From assembly GCA_036835125.1 (NCBI GenBank), contig DAITMO010000001.1:421487-485486 (forward strand): a DNA stretch of 64,000 nucleotides. The letters are read 5' to 3'. Below are positions 10,112 to 20,160 of the stretch, in pieces (the stretch's first letter is position 1; every line of letters starts with the position of its first letter). The notes beneath the pieces are model-generated. The model saw only the letters and a program-made list of their open reading frames with translations. It was not told the origin of the DNA and did not search any database. This DNA comes from Patescibacteria group bacterium. Lineage in GTDB: Bacteria > Patescibacteriota > Microgenomatia > UBA8517. The position numbers and the translations under genes are program-made.

Positions 10112-11114
10112 ATATAGCTACAAACAGAAGATTGTTACATTTGGCGGGAAAACAGGCCATTTTCAGCTTCTAAATGGATTAAAAAAATTAAATGATTCTT
10201 CTCTCATCACTGCAGTTGTTGGAACATGGGACAGTGGTGGAAGTTCTGGAATATTGAGAAGTGAACTTGGAGTTCTTCCTCCAGGGGATATCAGAGCTTG
10301 TATTCTTGCATTGATGGAGGATGATGAACAACAAAAAGTAGCCCAAAGACTATTTGATGACAGATTAAAAGAAGTTGTAGGACCTCTTAAAGGTCATTCA
10401 CTTGGTAATTTGATCGGTGTAAGGCTGGATCATATTTATCATGGACAGGATAGAGGTACAGAAGCCGAAAAGAAGCTATTTAGAGTTCGTGGAGAGGTTC
10501 TTCCAGCAACCCTAACAGACTTGAACCTTGTTGGGTGTACAAAACATGGTATTGAGATTGATGGGGAAGCCAATATTGATAACAGAAAAGAAAGAGCTGA
10601 TTTTGACCCTAGGGATAGAATTGTGAGGATTAGGTTTACTAGTAGAGCAGATAGCAATCCTAAAGTACTTTCTGCAATTAAAAAGGCTGATAAAATTGTG
10701 TTTGCACCAGGGGACCTTTTTACAAGTGTTTTACCTCATCTTTTAGTTGAGGGAGTGGCTGAGGGGATTCTTAAGTCAAAGGCTAAAGTATATTTTGTGC
10801 TTAATTTAATTCAAAAAGAGGGAGAAACGGACTATTTTAAGGCTTCCGACTTCTTAAGAGCACTAAATTTCTATTTAGGAAGTTCAAGGAGATTAAACTT
10901 TATCGTGGTTAATAATAAAAAATTTGACAAAGATATTGTGAAAGTATTTCAAGGAGAAAGGAAAAGGGCCGTAAATTTAGATGAAGATAATTGTCAAAAA
11001 ATTTGTCCAAACGCAAAGATAATAAAAGCAAATTTAGGGGAATATCTCAAAAAAGAGCATCTGTTACGACACAATCCAGAAAAATTAGCTCTTTCAATTT
11101 TGAGAAACAATTAA
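10098..11114 (+). CDS. YvcK/CofD-like (UPF0052) gluconeogenesis-factor family protein
   Basis: VVGTWDSGGSSGILRSELGVLPPGDIRAC matches the YvcK/CofD P-loop-like signature; overlaps the murA end by 14 nt. Confidence 0.7.
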   Translation: MQQNKYSYKQKIVTFGGKTGHFQLLNGLKKLNDSSLITAVVGTWDSGGSSGILRSELGVLPPGDIRACILALMEDDEQQKVAQRLFDDRLKEVVGPLKGHSLGNLIGVRLDHIYHGQDRGTEAEKKLFRVRGEVLPATLTDLNLVGCTKHGIEIDGEANIDNRKERADFDPRDRIVRIRFTSRADSNPKVLSAIKKADKIVFAPGDLFTSVLPHLLVEGVAEGILKSKAKVYFVLNLIQKEGETDYFKASDFLRALNFYLGSSRRLNFIVVNNKKFDKDIVKVFQGERKRAVNLDEDNCQKICPNAKIIKANLGEYLKKEHLLRHNPEKLALSILRNN

Positions 11115-11153
11115 ATTTGAGCTGGGCACAATTGTTGATATAATATACCTCAG

Positions 11154-13163
11154 ATGATTAAAAACATTGATGAAGTTATTAAAAATATCTCTAACTTTCG
11201 TGGGATAACTGATAACTCAAAAGAGGTAAAAAATGGATTTATTTTTGTAGCTATAAAAGGATTAAAAACAAATGGCCATGATTACATTCCAGATGCCATT
11301 AAAAGAGAGGCTAAGTTAGTAATTGGCGAAAAAGATTTAGATTTTGAGAATTATATAAAAGTTGCTGACGGCCGTGAAGCTTTGGGAACTCTTGCCTCGG
11401 CTTTTTATGGTGATCCTTCACAAAAATTGAAAATTATTGGTGTAACAGGCACAAAAGGTAAAACCACAACATGTCATATAATTGAACATATTCTGAATTC
11501 ACTTGGTAAAAAAGTAGGAGTTTTATCTTCAATTTCTGTACCTGGACTTCATGTTACAACTCCAAATCCAATATTTCTTCAAAAAAAATTAGCAGAATTT
11601 GTAAAAGAAGGAAAAGAATTTGCAGTGATTGAGGTTAGCTCACATGGAATAGCTCAAAAAAGAATTGCCGGTATCAAATTTGATGTTGGGGTACTAACGA
11701 ATATTGCGCGAGAGCATTTGGATTATCACAAGACTTTTTCTGAATATAAAAAAGTTAAAATGTCTTTTATTAACTCCTGTAAAGAAAAAATTATTTCTCC
11801 TAAAACGCCGTCAATAAATATTTTACCTGGTGAATATAATAACTCGAATGCAGAGGCGGCAGTTGATGCTGTTGTTAGATTTGGATTGAATAAAAGCGAA
11901 GCACTTAAATCTCTTGAAACATTTAAGCTTCCAGAAGGCCGTTTGATGGAAATTAAAAACGATTTGGGAATAAATATAGTAATTGATTTTGCGCACACTC
12001 CAGGATCTCTTGAAGCAGTTTTAAAACACTTGAAAAAAGAAACAAAAGGAAACTTGATCTCGGTATTTGGTTGTGCGGGAGAAAGAGATCCAGGAAAAAG
12101 GTTTTTAATGGGAAAGATTTCTGTAAAACTTGCAGATTTGTCTATCTTTACATCAGAAGATCCAAGAACAGAAAATTTGTTTGAAATTATTGCCAAGATA
12201 GCCAAAGGTGCCAAGAGTATTGGAGGGATTGAGGATAAAGATTTTGTGAGAATTTATGAGAGAGGTGAAGCTATAGTTTATGCATTGACTTATGCAAAAA
12301 AAGGAGACACTATTGCAATACTGGGCAAGGGACATGAGAAAAGTATGTCATTTGATGGTTGGGAACACCCATGGAGTGACAAAGAAGTGGTCGAAAATTT
12401 TCTAAATAGAGACAAAAATTTGTCAGCTATTATTTTAGCGGCAGGAAAAGGATCAAGGATGCATTCTTCTTTACCCAAAGTTATTCACAAAATTTGTGGC
12501 AGGCCAATGATCTCATATACTTTAGAAAATTTGAGATTTGCTGGAGTTGGAGATATTACTGCAGTCATTTCGTTTAAAAGAAACGTTGTTTCAAAGTATA
12601 TTAAAGGAGCCATAAAGTTGGCTATTCAAAAAAATCCAAAAGGCGGAACAGCTGACGCTGCAAAAACTGGTTTTGAGAAAGTAGACAAAAACTCCAAAGT
12701 ACTAATTGTTATAAATGGTGACGATAGCGCATTCTACAAATCGGAAACAATTAAAAAAATTATTGATATTCACATGGAAAGAGATAGAAAGCTTACCTTT
12801 GTATCGTTAATAAAAGAAAACCCAACAGGTTTGGGACGAGTCATCAGGGGAGAAAATGGTCTAATTACAAAAATTGTTGAGGAAAAAGATGCAACTTTCG
12901 AAGAAAAGAAAATTAAAGAAGTAAACGATGGTCTTTATGTTTTTGATAGAGATTGGTTTTCAAAAAATATCAATAAAGTTAAAAGAAGTGCATCAGGCGA
13001 GCTTTATTTAGTTGATTTAGTAAAAATGGCAATTGATGAGGGGGTCAAAATGGCTACATATACTCTTCCGAACGATAATGAATGGCAAGGAATAAACACC
13101 CCTGAAGAGTTAGAGAAAGCTAGAAAGAAAATGGAAACAAGACTTAAAGATTTAAATGAATAA
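11154..13163 (+). CDS. murE: bifunctional Mur ligase (MurE-like) fused to a sugar-1-phosphate nucleotidyltransferase (GlmU N-domain-like)
   Basis: Residues 1-~420: IIGVTGTKGKTTTCHI, Mur ligase central and C-terminal domains. Residues ~425-669: LSAIILAAGKGSRMHSSLPKVIHKICGRPMI (NTP_transferase G-x-G-x-R motif), no LbH acetyltransferase repeats. Confidence 0.8.
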   Translation: MIKNIDEVIKNISNFRGITDNSKEVKNGFIFVAIKGLKTNGHDYIPDAIKREAKLVIGEKDLDFENYIKVADGREALGTLASAFYGDPSQKLKIIGVTGTKGKTTTCHIIEHILNSLGKKVGVLSSISVPGLHVTTPNPIFLQKKLAEFVKEGKEFAVIEVSSHGIAQKRIAGIKFDVGVLTNIAREHLDYHKTFSEYKKVKMSFINSCKEKIISPKTPSINILPGEYNNSNAEAAVDAVVRFGLNKSEALKSLETFKLPEGRLMEIKNDLGINIVIDFAHTPGSLEAVLKHLKKETKGNLISVFGCAGERDPGKRFLMGKISVKLADLSIFTSEDPRTENLFEIIAKIAKGAKSIGGIEDKDFVRIYERGEAIVYALTYAKKGDTIAILGKGHEKSMSFDGWEHPWSDKEVVENFLNRDKNLSAIILAAGKGSRMHSSLPKVIHKICGRPMISYTLENLRFAGVGDITAVISFKRNVVSKYIKGAIKLAIQKNPKGGTADAAKTGFEKVDKNSKVLIVINGDDSAFYKSETIKKIIDIHMERDRKLTFVSLIKENPTGLGRVIRGENGLITKIVEEKDATFEEKKIKEVNDGLYVFDRDWFSKNINKVKRSASGELYLVDLVKMAIDEGVKMATYTLPNDNEWQGINTPEELEKARKKMETRLKDLNE

Positions 13164-14364
13164 CATAAAAAAAATTCACATGATGGGGATTGGAGGAAGT
13201 GGAATGAGTGGCGTTGCCTATTTAGCTGAAAAAATGGGCTATATTGTGACAGGTTGTGATCTTGAAGAATCAACTGCTTATACAAAAAACATTTTTAAAG
13301 GACATTCTCCCGATCATTTGAAAGATATTGATTTATTGGTGGTTTCTCCGGCTGTTTTCTATCAGAATTCTGATAATCCCGAACTTCTTGAAGGTAAAAA
13401 AAGGGGAATGGTGATAACCTGGCAAGAATTTGTTGGCAGGTATATGACTGATGGCAAAAAACTAATTTGTGTTGCAGGAACTCACGGGAAGTCTACAACA
13501 ACAGCAATGGTAGGAAAGCTTCTTATTGATGTGGGGCTTAATCCGACAGTTTTGGTTGGAGCCAAAGTTCCTGAGTGGAATGGAAATGCAAGGTATGGCA
13601 CAGGAGAATATTTTGTATTAGAAGCAGATGAGTTTAATAACAATTTTCTTTTTTATCACCCCGACATAATTGTTTTAAATAATATTGAATTTGATCATCC
13701 GGACTTCTTTAAAGATGAGGAAGAAGTAAGGAGTTCCTTTGATAAATTTATCGGAAACCTAAAAGGAGAAAAGATTTTAATTACTTTAAATGACAGTTTG
13801 GACAAACACTTCAATCTCAAAGTAATGGGAGAATATAATCAGAAAAATGCAAATATGGTTTTTGCTTTGGGAAAGAAATTGGGAATTAGTGACGAGGAAA
13901 TTACTAAATCATTAGAATCATTTGAAGGAATAGGGAGAAGGATGGAGCTTATTGCTGACAGAAATGGAGTGAAAGTCTATGATGATTATGCACATCACCC
14001 CACAGCAATAAAGTTAACTCTCGAAGGAGTAAGAGAAAGATTTTCTGATGCTAAAATTTTAGTAATAGATGAACCACATGGATATAAAAGAACAAAAGCA
14101 CTTTTATCCGAATATGGGGGTGTTTTTGGTTCAGTTAATAAAGTAATTATTGGCCCCATATTTCAAGCTCGTGATGAAGTTGATAGTTCGATTACTCCTG
14201 AGGGTGTAGTGAAAGCATTAAAGCATAAAAATGCTATTGGACTAAATAGTTTTAAAGAAATAATTGAAGAGGTCAATAACGAGAGTAGAAAATATGACAT
14301 TATTGTAGTAATGGGAGCAGGCAAAAGCTATCTCTGGGCAAAGGAAATTGCAAAAATTATTTAA
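13156..14364 (+). CDS. murC: UDP-N-acetylmuramate--L-alanine ligase
   Basis: IHMMGIGGSGMSGVAYL N-terminus plus GTHGKSTTTAM P-loop. Confidence 0.85.
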   Translation: MNNIKKIHMMGIGGSGMSGVAYLAEKMGYIVTGCDLEESTAYTKNIFKGHSPDHLKDIDLLVVSPAVFYQNSDNPELLEGKKRGMVITWQEFVGRYMTDGKKLICVAGTHGKSTTTAMVGKLLIDVGLNPTVLVGAKVPEWNGNARYGTGEYFVLEADEFNNNFLFYHPDIIVLNNIEFDHPDFFKDEEEVRSSFDKFIGNLKGEKILITLNDSLDKHFNLKVMGEYNQKNANMVFALGKKLGISDEEITKSLESFEGIGRRMELIADRNGVKVYDDYAHHPTAIKLTLEGVRERFSDAKILVIDEPHGYKRTKALLSEYGGVFGSVNKVIIGPIFQARDEVDSSITPEGVVKALKHKNAIGLNSFKEIIEEVNNESRKYDIIVVMGAGKSYLWAKEIAKII

Positions 14365-14379
14365 CTAGTTTTTTGATTT

Positions 14380-15390
14380 ATGACAATGATAAAAATTGAA
14401 GAAAATAAATATTTTAAAGATCTTACAACTTTTAGAGTTGGTGGAAAAATTAAATATTTTGTGGAAGTAAAAGATGTTGAGGAAACAAAGGAGGCTTTGG
14501 TTTTTGCTAAAAAAAATAATTTAATAATTTTCATTCTTGGTGAAGGAAGTGATCTTTTGGTAAGTGATAATGGTTTTAATGGAATTGTTATAAAATTTGT
14601 CGGAGATTCATATAAAATTGATGGCAATATTGTTACAGCTCAAGCAGGTCTTTCTTGGGACAAACTAGTAGACATAACTGTAGAAAATGACCTTCAGGGT
14701 TTAGAATGCCTTTCGGGAATTCCAGGTACAGTTGGTGCGTCCCCCATTCAAAACATTGGTGCATATGGAGCTGAAATGTCTAATACTTTTGAAAAACTTG
14801 AAGCATTAAATTTGGAAAAAGGAAAAATAGAAGAGTTTGATAAGGAAAGATGTGAATTTGGATACAGAGAAAGTATTTTCAAAACTAAAGAATATTGGCA
14901 AAAGTATTTAATATTAAGTGTTTCATTTAAATTGAATAAAGGTGGCAAACCAACAGTTAACTACGATTCTTTAAAAGGATTGGTGAATAAAAGCTCTACA
15001 ATTTCTGAAATACGCGAAGCGGTAATAAAAACAAGGAATGAAAGACTTGAGAATCCAAAGGAACATGGCAATGCGGGTTCCTTTTTCCAGAATCCAATAA
15101 TTGATAAAAATAAGAAACAAGAATTGGAAGACTTATATCCGGATATAAAAATATTTCCATTTGGAGAAAACTTTAAGGTGTTTGCTGGCTGGTTAATCGA
15201 AAAGGCTGGATGGAAAGGACGTGTTCATAAAGAAGCAGGTGTTTCTCCTAAACATGCATTGATTCTAATTAATAGAACGAATAAAGCTACAGCCATGGAT
15301 ATTTATGAACTATCCCAAAAAATTATAGACGACGTTTCAAACAAATTTGGTGTAGAGATGAAAAGAGAGGTACAGTTAATTAATTTTTGA
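14380..15390 (+). CDS. murB: UDP-N-acetylenolpyruvoylglucosamine reductase
   Basis: FAD-binding PCMH domain (TFRVGGKIKYFVEV ...) and MurB C-terminal domain; 336 aa. Confidence 0.85.
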   Translation: MTMIKIEENKYFKDLTTFRVGGKIKYFVEVKDVEETKEALVFAKKNNLIIFILGEGSDLLVSDNGFNGIVIKFVGDSYKIDGNIVTAQAGLSWDKLVDITVENDLQGLECLSGIPGTVGASPIQNIGAYGAEMSNTFEKLEALNLEKGKIEEFDKERCEFGYRESIFKTKEYWQKYLILSVSFKLNKGGKPTVNYDSLKGLVNKSSTISEIREAVIKTRNERLENPKEHGNAGSFFQNPIIDKNKKQELEDLYPDIKIFPFGENFKVFAGWLIEKAGWKGRVHKEAGVSPKHALILINRTNKATAMDIYELSQKIIDDVSNKFGVEMKREVQLINF

Positions 15391-15393
15391 AAA

Positions 15394-16689
15394 ATGGAAA
15401 AATATAAATTTAAAAAGATTGCTGTGATAGGTTTGGGAATTGAAGGGAAAGATGCTGTAAATTACTTTCTAAGTTGTGGAGGAATAATAACTTTGTTTGA
15501 TAAAAAGAAAGAAAACGAAATAGATTTCACTGGAATTGATAAAAATAAAATTGAGTTAGTTTCTGGAGAAGATTATTTAAAGAATGGTTTTAAAGGTTTT
15601 GATTATATTGTTAGGTCCCCTGGGGTGTATCCATATATTAAAGAGTTGTTTAATGCAAAAAGAGATGGGACAGTTATTACTTCAGTTGTAAAAGTATTCT
15701 TTGACGAATGTCCTGGAAAAATCATTGGGGTAACTGGAACAAAAGGAAAAGGAACAACGTCAACCCTGATTTATGAAATATTAAAAAAAGAAGGGAGTGA
15801 TGTTTATCTTGTTGGAAACATTGGTAAACCTTCGCTTGAGATATTGCCAAAACTTAACAAAGACTCATGGGTTGTAATGGAACTTTCATCATTTCAACTT
15901 ATGGATATGGAAGTAAGTCCTCATATTGCAGTAGTTCTCAATATCACAGAAGACCATATGGATTGGCATAAAGACAGAGAAGAATATATAAAGGCAAAAA
16001 TGAATATAGTTAAATTCCAAAAAGAAGAAGATTTTGCAATTATTAGTGACGATTATGATTTACCAAGATCGTTTTATAAATATACAAAAGCTAAAGTTAA
16101 ATATTTTTCTAAACACAATCTCAGATTTTTAAGTGGTGAAAAATTAAAACTTCGTGGAGAACATAATTTAGAAAATATTTGTGCTTCCATGCATGTGGCA
16201 GAAGTGATTGGTGTTCCCAAAAAGATAATAAAAGAAACTGTTATTAATTTTAAGGGTTTGGAACATAGACTTGAATTAGTTACTGAAATTGACGGAGTTG
16301 CCTATTACAACGATTCATTTGCTACAGGTCCACAACCAACAATTGCGGCAATTAACTCATTTACTGAAGATGAAACGTTAATTTTGGGGGGAAGTGATAA
16401 GGGTTTATCTTTTGAAGAATTAAGAAAAGTAATAGAAGAAAAAAATAATGTTAAAAATCTAATTTTAATAGGAGATATTGGAGAAAAAATTGGCGGTGGA
16501 ATAAAAGGTAAAAACACAATTAATTTAGGGCATACTTCAATAAACAAAATCGTTGAAAAGGCAAATGAAATTACAAAAAAAGGTGGGGTTGTCATTTTTT
16601 CTCCAGCTGCAGCAAGTTTTGATATGTTCAAAAATTACAAAGATAGGGGTAATCAATTTAAAGAAGCGGTTTTAGGATTAAAGAGTTAA
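15394..16689 (+). CDS. murD: UDP-N-acetylmuramoylalanine--D-glutamate ligase
   Basis: KIAVIGLGIEGKDAV Rossmann N-terminus, VTGTKGKGTTSTLI P-loop; 431 aa. Confidence 0.85.
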   Translation: MEKYKFKKIAVIGLGIEGKDAVNYFLSCGGIITLFDKKKENEIDFTGIDKNKIELVSGEDYLKNGFKGFDYIVRSPGVYPYIKELFNAKRDGTVITSVVKVFFDECPGKIIGVTGTKGKGTTSTLIYEILKKEGSDVYLVGNIGKPSLEILPKLNKDSWVVMELSSFQLMDMEVSPHIAVVLNITEDHMDWHKDREEYIKAKMNIVKFQKEEDFAIISDDYDLPRSFYKYTKAKVKYFSKHNLRFLSGEKLKLRGEHNLENICASMHVAEVIGVPKKIIKETVINFKGLEHRLELVTEIDGVAYYNDSFATGPQPTIAAINSFTEDETLILGGSDKGLSFEELRKVIEEKNNVKNLILIGDIGEKIGGGIKGKNTINLGHTSINKIVEKANEITKKGGVVIFSPAAASFDMFKNYKDRGNQFKEAVLGLKS

Positions 16690-16709
16690 ATTTTGTTATA
16701 ATTTCTCCC

Positions 16710-17750
16710 ATGATTTCAGTACAGCCAATATTAAGCTTTAAATATTTTCAGTTAAGGAAAAATAGTTTACCAAAAGGAATTAGGAGCCTGTTCTATCTTT
16801 CTTGGGAAGATGCTTTATGGGATCTTTTATATAAAAAAAATATTAAAAAAGGATCATATATTTTAGTCCCTGACTTTTACTGTAATGATGTAGAAAAAAA
16901 CATTAAGCAACATGGGTATAAAATTGGTCATTACAAAATTAATAAAAACCTTTCTGTTGACAAAAAATCTTTTCAATCAAAAATATCTCAACTGAAACCT
17001 GGTGTAATTGTTGTTTTTCACCCAGTTGGAATTAAAAGTAATTTATTTGAGAATATCACATGGCTTAAAAATGTTACAAAAGAAGCTATTCTAATTGAAG
17101 ACTCGGTTCACAGAGTTATTGATCGAAAAGAAATAAAAATAATTAAAAAAAACCATTTTGCAATTGATAGTTTAAGAAAAGTTGTTCCTCTTCAAGGAGC
17201 AAGGATGTATGGCAAAATTGAAGATTTAAATTTTGATGAACCTACTATCTTTCAATCATTTTTTTATAGAGTTAAGGTGAGTATTTATTGGTTTTTAATG
17301 ATTATTTGTTGGACGTTAGGTTTTGGAATATTGGCAGAAAAACTAATGATTAAAGGTTATGAAATAATAGGGGATTCAAAAAAACCTTCTCGTGGAAGTT
17401 TTCTTTCAAAACTATTTAGTAACCATATTAATATTAGAAGAATTCAAAAAGACAAAGTAAAACAGTTTGGAATCTACATGAATAAAATAACAAACAGATC
17501 TTTAGGTCAATTGAAAATAAAAGAAGAGGACAAAAAACATCTAAGAGGATTTCCAATTATTTTATCAATCAAAAATGCTGATATGATTCTTGGATATTTA
17601 AGGTGTCACGGACTTTTGGTTTGTTATGAACTAGATGGTTCTTTTTGGAGCACTAAACAAAAAATCATATATTTACCGTTTGGACCTCAAATTGACAAAA
17701 AGTCTAATGAAGATATTTGTAATTTGGTTAACAAAGCATTTGAGATATAA
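16710..17750 (+). CDS. DegT/DnrJ/EryC1-like PLP-dependent enzyme fold protein (function unknown), with a C-terminal hydrophobic segment
   Basis: ILVPDFYCNDVEKNIKQHGYKIGHYKIN, AILIEDSVHRV and SLRKVVPLQGARMYG resemble fold-type I sugar aminotransferases (putative Schiff-base Lys in SLRK). Assignment by eye only. Confidence 0.35.
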   Translation: MISVQPILSFKYFQLRKNSLPKGIRSLFYLSWEDALWDLLYKKNIKKGSYILVPDFYCNDVEKNIKQHGYKIGHYKINKNLSVDKKSFQSKISQLKPGVIVVFHPVGIKSNLFENITWLKNVTKEAILIEDSVHRVIDRKEIKIIKKNHFAIDSLRKVVPLQGARMYGKIEDLNFDEPTIFQSFFYRVKVSIYWFLMIICWTLGFGILAEKLMIKGYEIIGDSKKPSRGSFLSKLFSNHINIRRIQKDKVKQFGIYMNKITNRSLGQLKIKEEDKKHLRGFPIILSIKNADMILGYLRCHGLLVCYELDGSFWSTKQKIIYLPFGPQIDKKSNEDICNLVNKAFEI

Positions 17751-17760
17751 AATGTGTTAA

Positions 17761-18912
17761 ATGCTATATATGCAATCTACTAATAAATACAAAACTTGGA
17801 TAGAAATTTCCAAAAAAGCACTTTATCATAACGTTAATGTTTATAAAAAAGCAGTAGGGAAAAATGTAAAAATTGCAGCTGTTGTTAAAGCTAATGCCTA
17901 TGGTCATGGATTAAAAGAAATAGTTTCGCTTCTTGATAAAAAAGTAGATATGTTTGCCGTAGATAGATTAGAAGAAGCTTTCTTAATTCAAAAATATGGT
18001 AGAGAAACTCCGATTTTAATCCTTGGTTACACACGACTTTCAAATCTAAAAGAAGTTATTAATAACAATATATCCTTTGTTGTATATAACATTGAGACAC
18101 TTAAAAAAATTGTGGATTTAGATCTAAATATGCAGGCAAAGGTTCATTTAAAAATAGAAACAGGTCTGAATCGTCAGGGAGTTCAGCTAAAAACTGTTAA
18201 GAAAATCCTTTCCTATATAGAAAAGTATAGAAACAAGATACTTCTTGAAGGCATTTCTACTCATTTTGCCAACATTGAAGACACTCTTGATCCCTCATAC
18301 GCAATGAAACAAAATACTCTGTTTAAAAAAGCCATAAAAGAAATTAAAAAAGCAGGATTTAAGCCTAAATTAGTACATGCTTCTGCTTCAGCAGGAGCCC
18401 TTCTATATCCAGAAACACATTTCTCGATGGTCAGGATTGGATTTGGACTTTATGGTTGGTGGATGTCAACAGAAACAAGAGTAATGCTTTTGGCAAAAAA
18501 TCCAAAACTGGATTTAAAACCTGTAATGACTTGGAAAAGCGTTATTGCTCAGATAAAAACAATTAATGTTGGTGAAGCAGTCGGGTATGGTTTAACGTGG
18601 TTTGCTTCCAGAAAAACAAAGATTGCAATAATCCCAGTCGGATATTCGGATGGTTACGACAGGAAACTTTCAAATATAGGAAGGGTAATAGTAAATGGTA
18701 AACATGCGCCAGTTATTGGAAGAATTGCAATGAACATGTTTGTTGTTGATATTACTGATGTAGGAGACGTAAAGGTTGAAGATGAAGTTGTTCTTTTGGG
18801 GAACAATAGTGGACTAAAAATTTCGGCTGACGAAATTGCTAAAAAGATTGGTACAATTAACTATGAAGTTATTTCTAGAATCAATTCTGATATTCCTAAA
18901 ATAGTAACATGA
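17761..18912 (+). CDS. alr: alanine racemase
   Basis: AAVVKANAYGHG PLP-lysine motif; 383 aa. Confidence 0.85.
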   Translation: MLYMQSTNKYKTWIEISKKALYHNVNVYKKAVGKNVKIAAVVKANAYGHGLKEIVSLLDKKVDMFAVDRLEEAFLIQKYGRETPILILGYTRLSNLKEVINNNISFVVYNIETLKKIVDLDLNMQAKVHLKIETGLNRQGVQLKTVKKILSYIEKYRNKILLEGISTHFANIEDTLDPSYAMKQNTLFKKAIKEIKKAGFKPKLVHASASAGALLYPETHFSMVRIGFGLYGWWMSTETRVMLLAKNPKLDLKPVMTWKSVIAQIKTINVGEAVGYGLTWFASRKTKIAIIPVGYSDGYDRKLSNIGRVIVNGKHAPVIGRIAMNMFVVDITDVGDVKVEDEVVLLGNNSGLKISADEIAKKIGTINYEVISRINSDIPKIVT

Positions 18913-20123
18913 GAAAATTAAATCCAATTATAAGTTGGTGGGTAACCCCCAAGCTTCCATATGAGGATATTGTTGCGAAACACAATTTGATTAGTAAGTG
19001 GATTACTCATCCAATAAAAAGAAGAATAGCTAGAGTTTATCTAAATTTTCTTAAAAAGGTTGGAAAAATAAAAGTAATAGCGATTACAGGTAGTACAGGT
19101 AAAACTACAACTACAGAAATCTTGGCCTCAATTCTTAAAGAAGACGGAGAAACTGTATATTCTGCAACGGGAGTTGATCCTGTTTACAATATTCCAAATA
19201 CAATATTGAGAGCAAAGCTGTCAACTAAATACCTTATTTTAGAAATGTCCGTTGAATATAAAAATGAAATGGATTATTACCTTTGGTTGGCGAGTCCCGA
19301 TGTTGGACTAATAACAAATATTGACGCTACACATATAAAATATTTTGAAAATATAGATGGGGTTTTAGAAGAAAAAGGGAAATTGTTAAAATCTCTTTCT
19401 CGTAAAAATCTGGCTTTAATAAATACTGACGATCTGAAAATAATGTCCTTGAAAAAATACATTAAAGCAAAGATTGTATTCTTTGGTATAAAATCTGAAA
19501 TCTTTTATTCAAAAGTCACGTTCAATTCAGACATGAGTACAGATTTTGTTCTGAATATTAACTCGATTACAAAAAATATTCATATAAACGCTTTTGGTTT
19601 GCCAGTAGTAAATAATGCTCTGGCTTCTATCGCTGTCGCCCATACTCTTGGACTATCACTTGAGAAAATTGCTTCAGGTTTGGAGAAATTCAGAATGCCT
19701 CCACACAGATTAAATATAGTAAATAGTAAAAATAGCGGTCTAGTTTTTGATGATACATACAACAGTAATCCAAAAGCTGCTAGTGAATCTCTTGATGCTT
19801 TTTGTATAGCTGCAGGAAAGAGAAAAAAAATTGTCGTTATTGGGGATATGCTTGAACTTGGAAATATTGAAGAAGGTGCTCACAGAAATTTAGGTAAAAA
19901 AATTGGGAATATTGGCGTTGATTATTTGATAGCCGTTGGTAGTGCTGCAAGGTTTATTTTGGAAGAAGCGTCAAAGAAAATTAATAAATCAAATTGTTAT
20001 CTCGTCCAAAATTACTTGGAAGCGTTTGAGATAGTTAATAAATTAAGAAACTCAAAGAGTGCGATATTTGTTAAAGGATCTCGCTCAATACACTTGGATA
20101 AATTGGTTGAAAAATTAATCTAA
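18909..20123 (+). CDS. murF: UDP-N-acetylmuramoyl-tripeptide--D-alanyl-D-alanine ligase
   Basis: AITGSTGKTTTTEILASIL P-loop and Mur ligase domain architecture; follows alr. Confidence 0.8.
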   Translation: MRKLNPIISWWVTPKLPYEDIVAKHNLISKWITHPIKRRIARVYLNFLKKVGKIKVIAITGSTGKTTTTEILASILKEDGETVYSATGVDPVYNIPNTILRAKLSTKYLILEMSVEYKNEMDYYLWLASPDVGLITNIDATHIKYFENIDGVLEEKGKLLKSLSRKNLALINTDDLKIMSLKKYIKAKIVFFGIKSEIFYSKVTFNSDMSTDFVLNINSITKNIHINAFGLPVVNNALASIAVAHTLGLSLEKIASGLEKFRMPPHRLNIVNSKNSGLVFDDTYNSNPKAASESLDAFCIAAGKRKKIVVIGDMLELGNIEEGAHRNLGKKIGNIGVDYLIAVGSAARFILEEASKKINKSNCYLVQNYLEAFEIVNKLRNSKSAIFVKGSRSIHLDKLVEKLI

Positions 20124-20160
20124 TTGCCTCTTTTTTCACGCAAGTCTATAATCAAATTGT

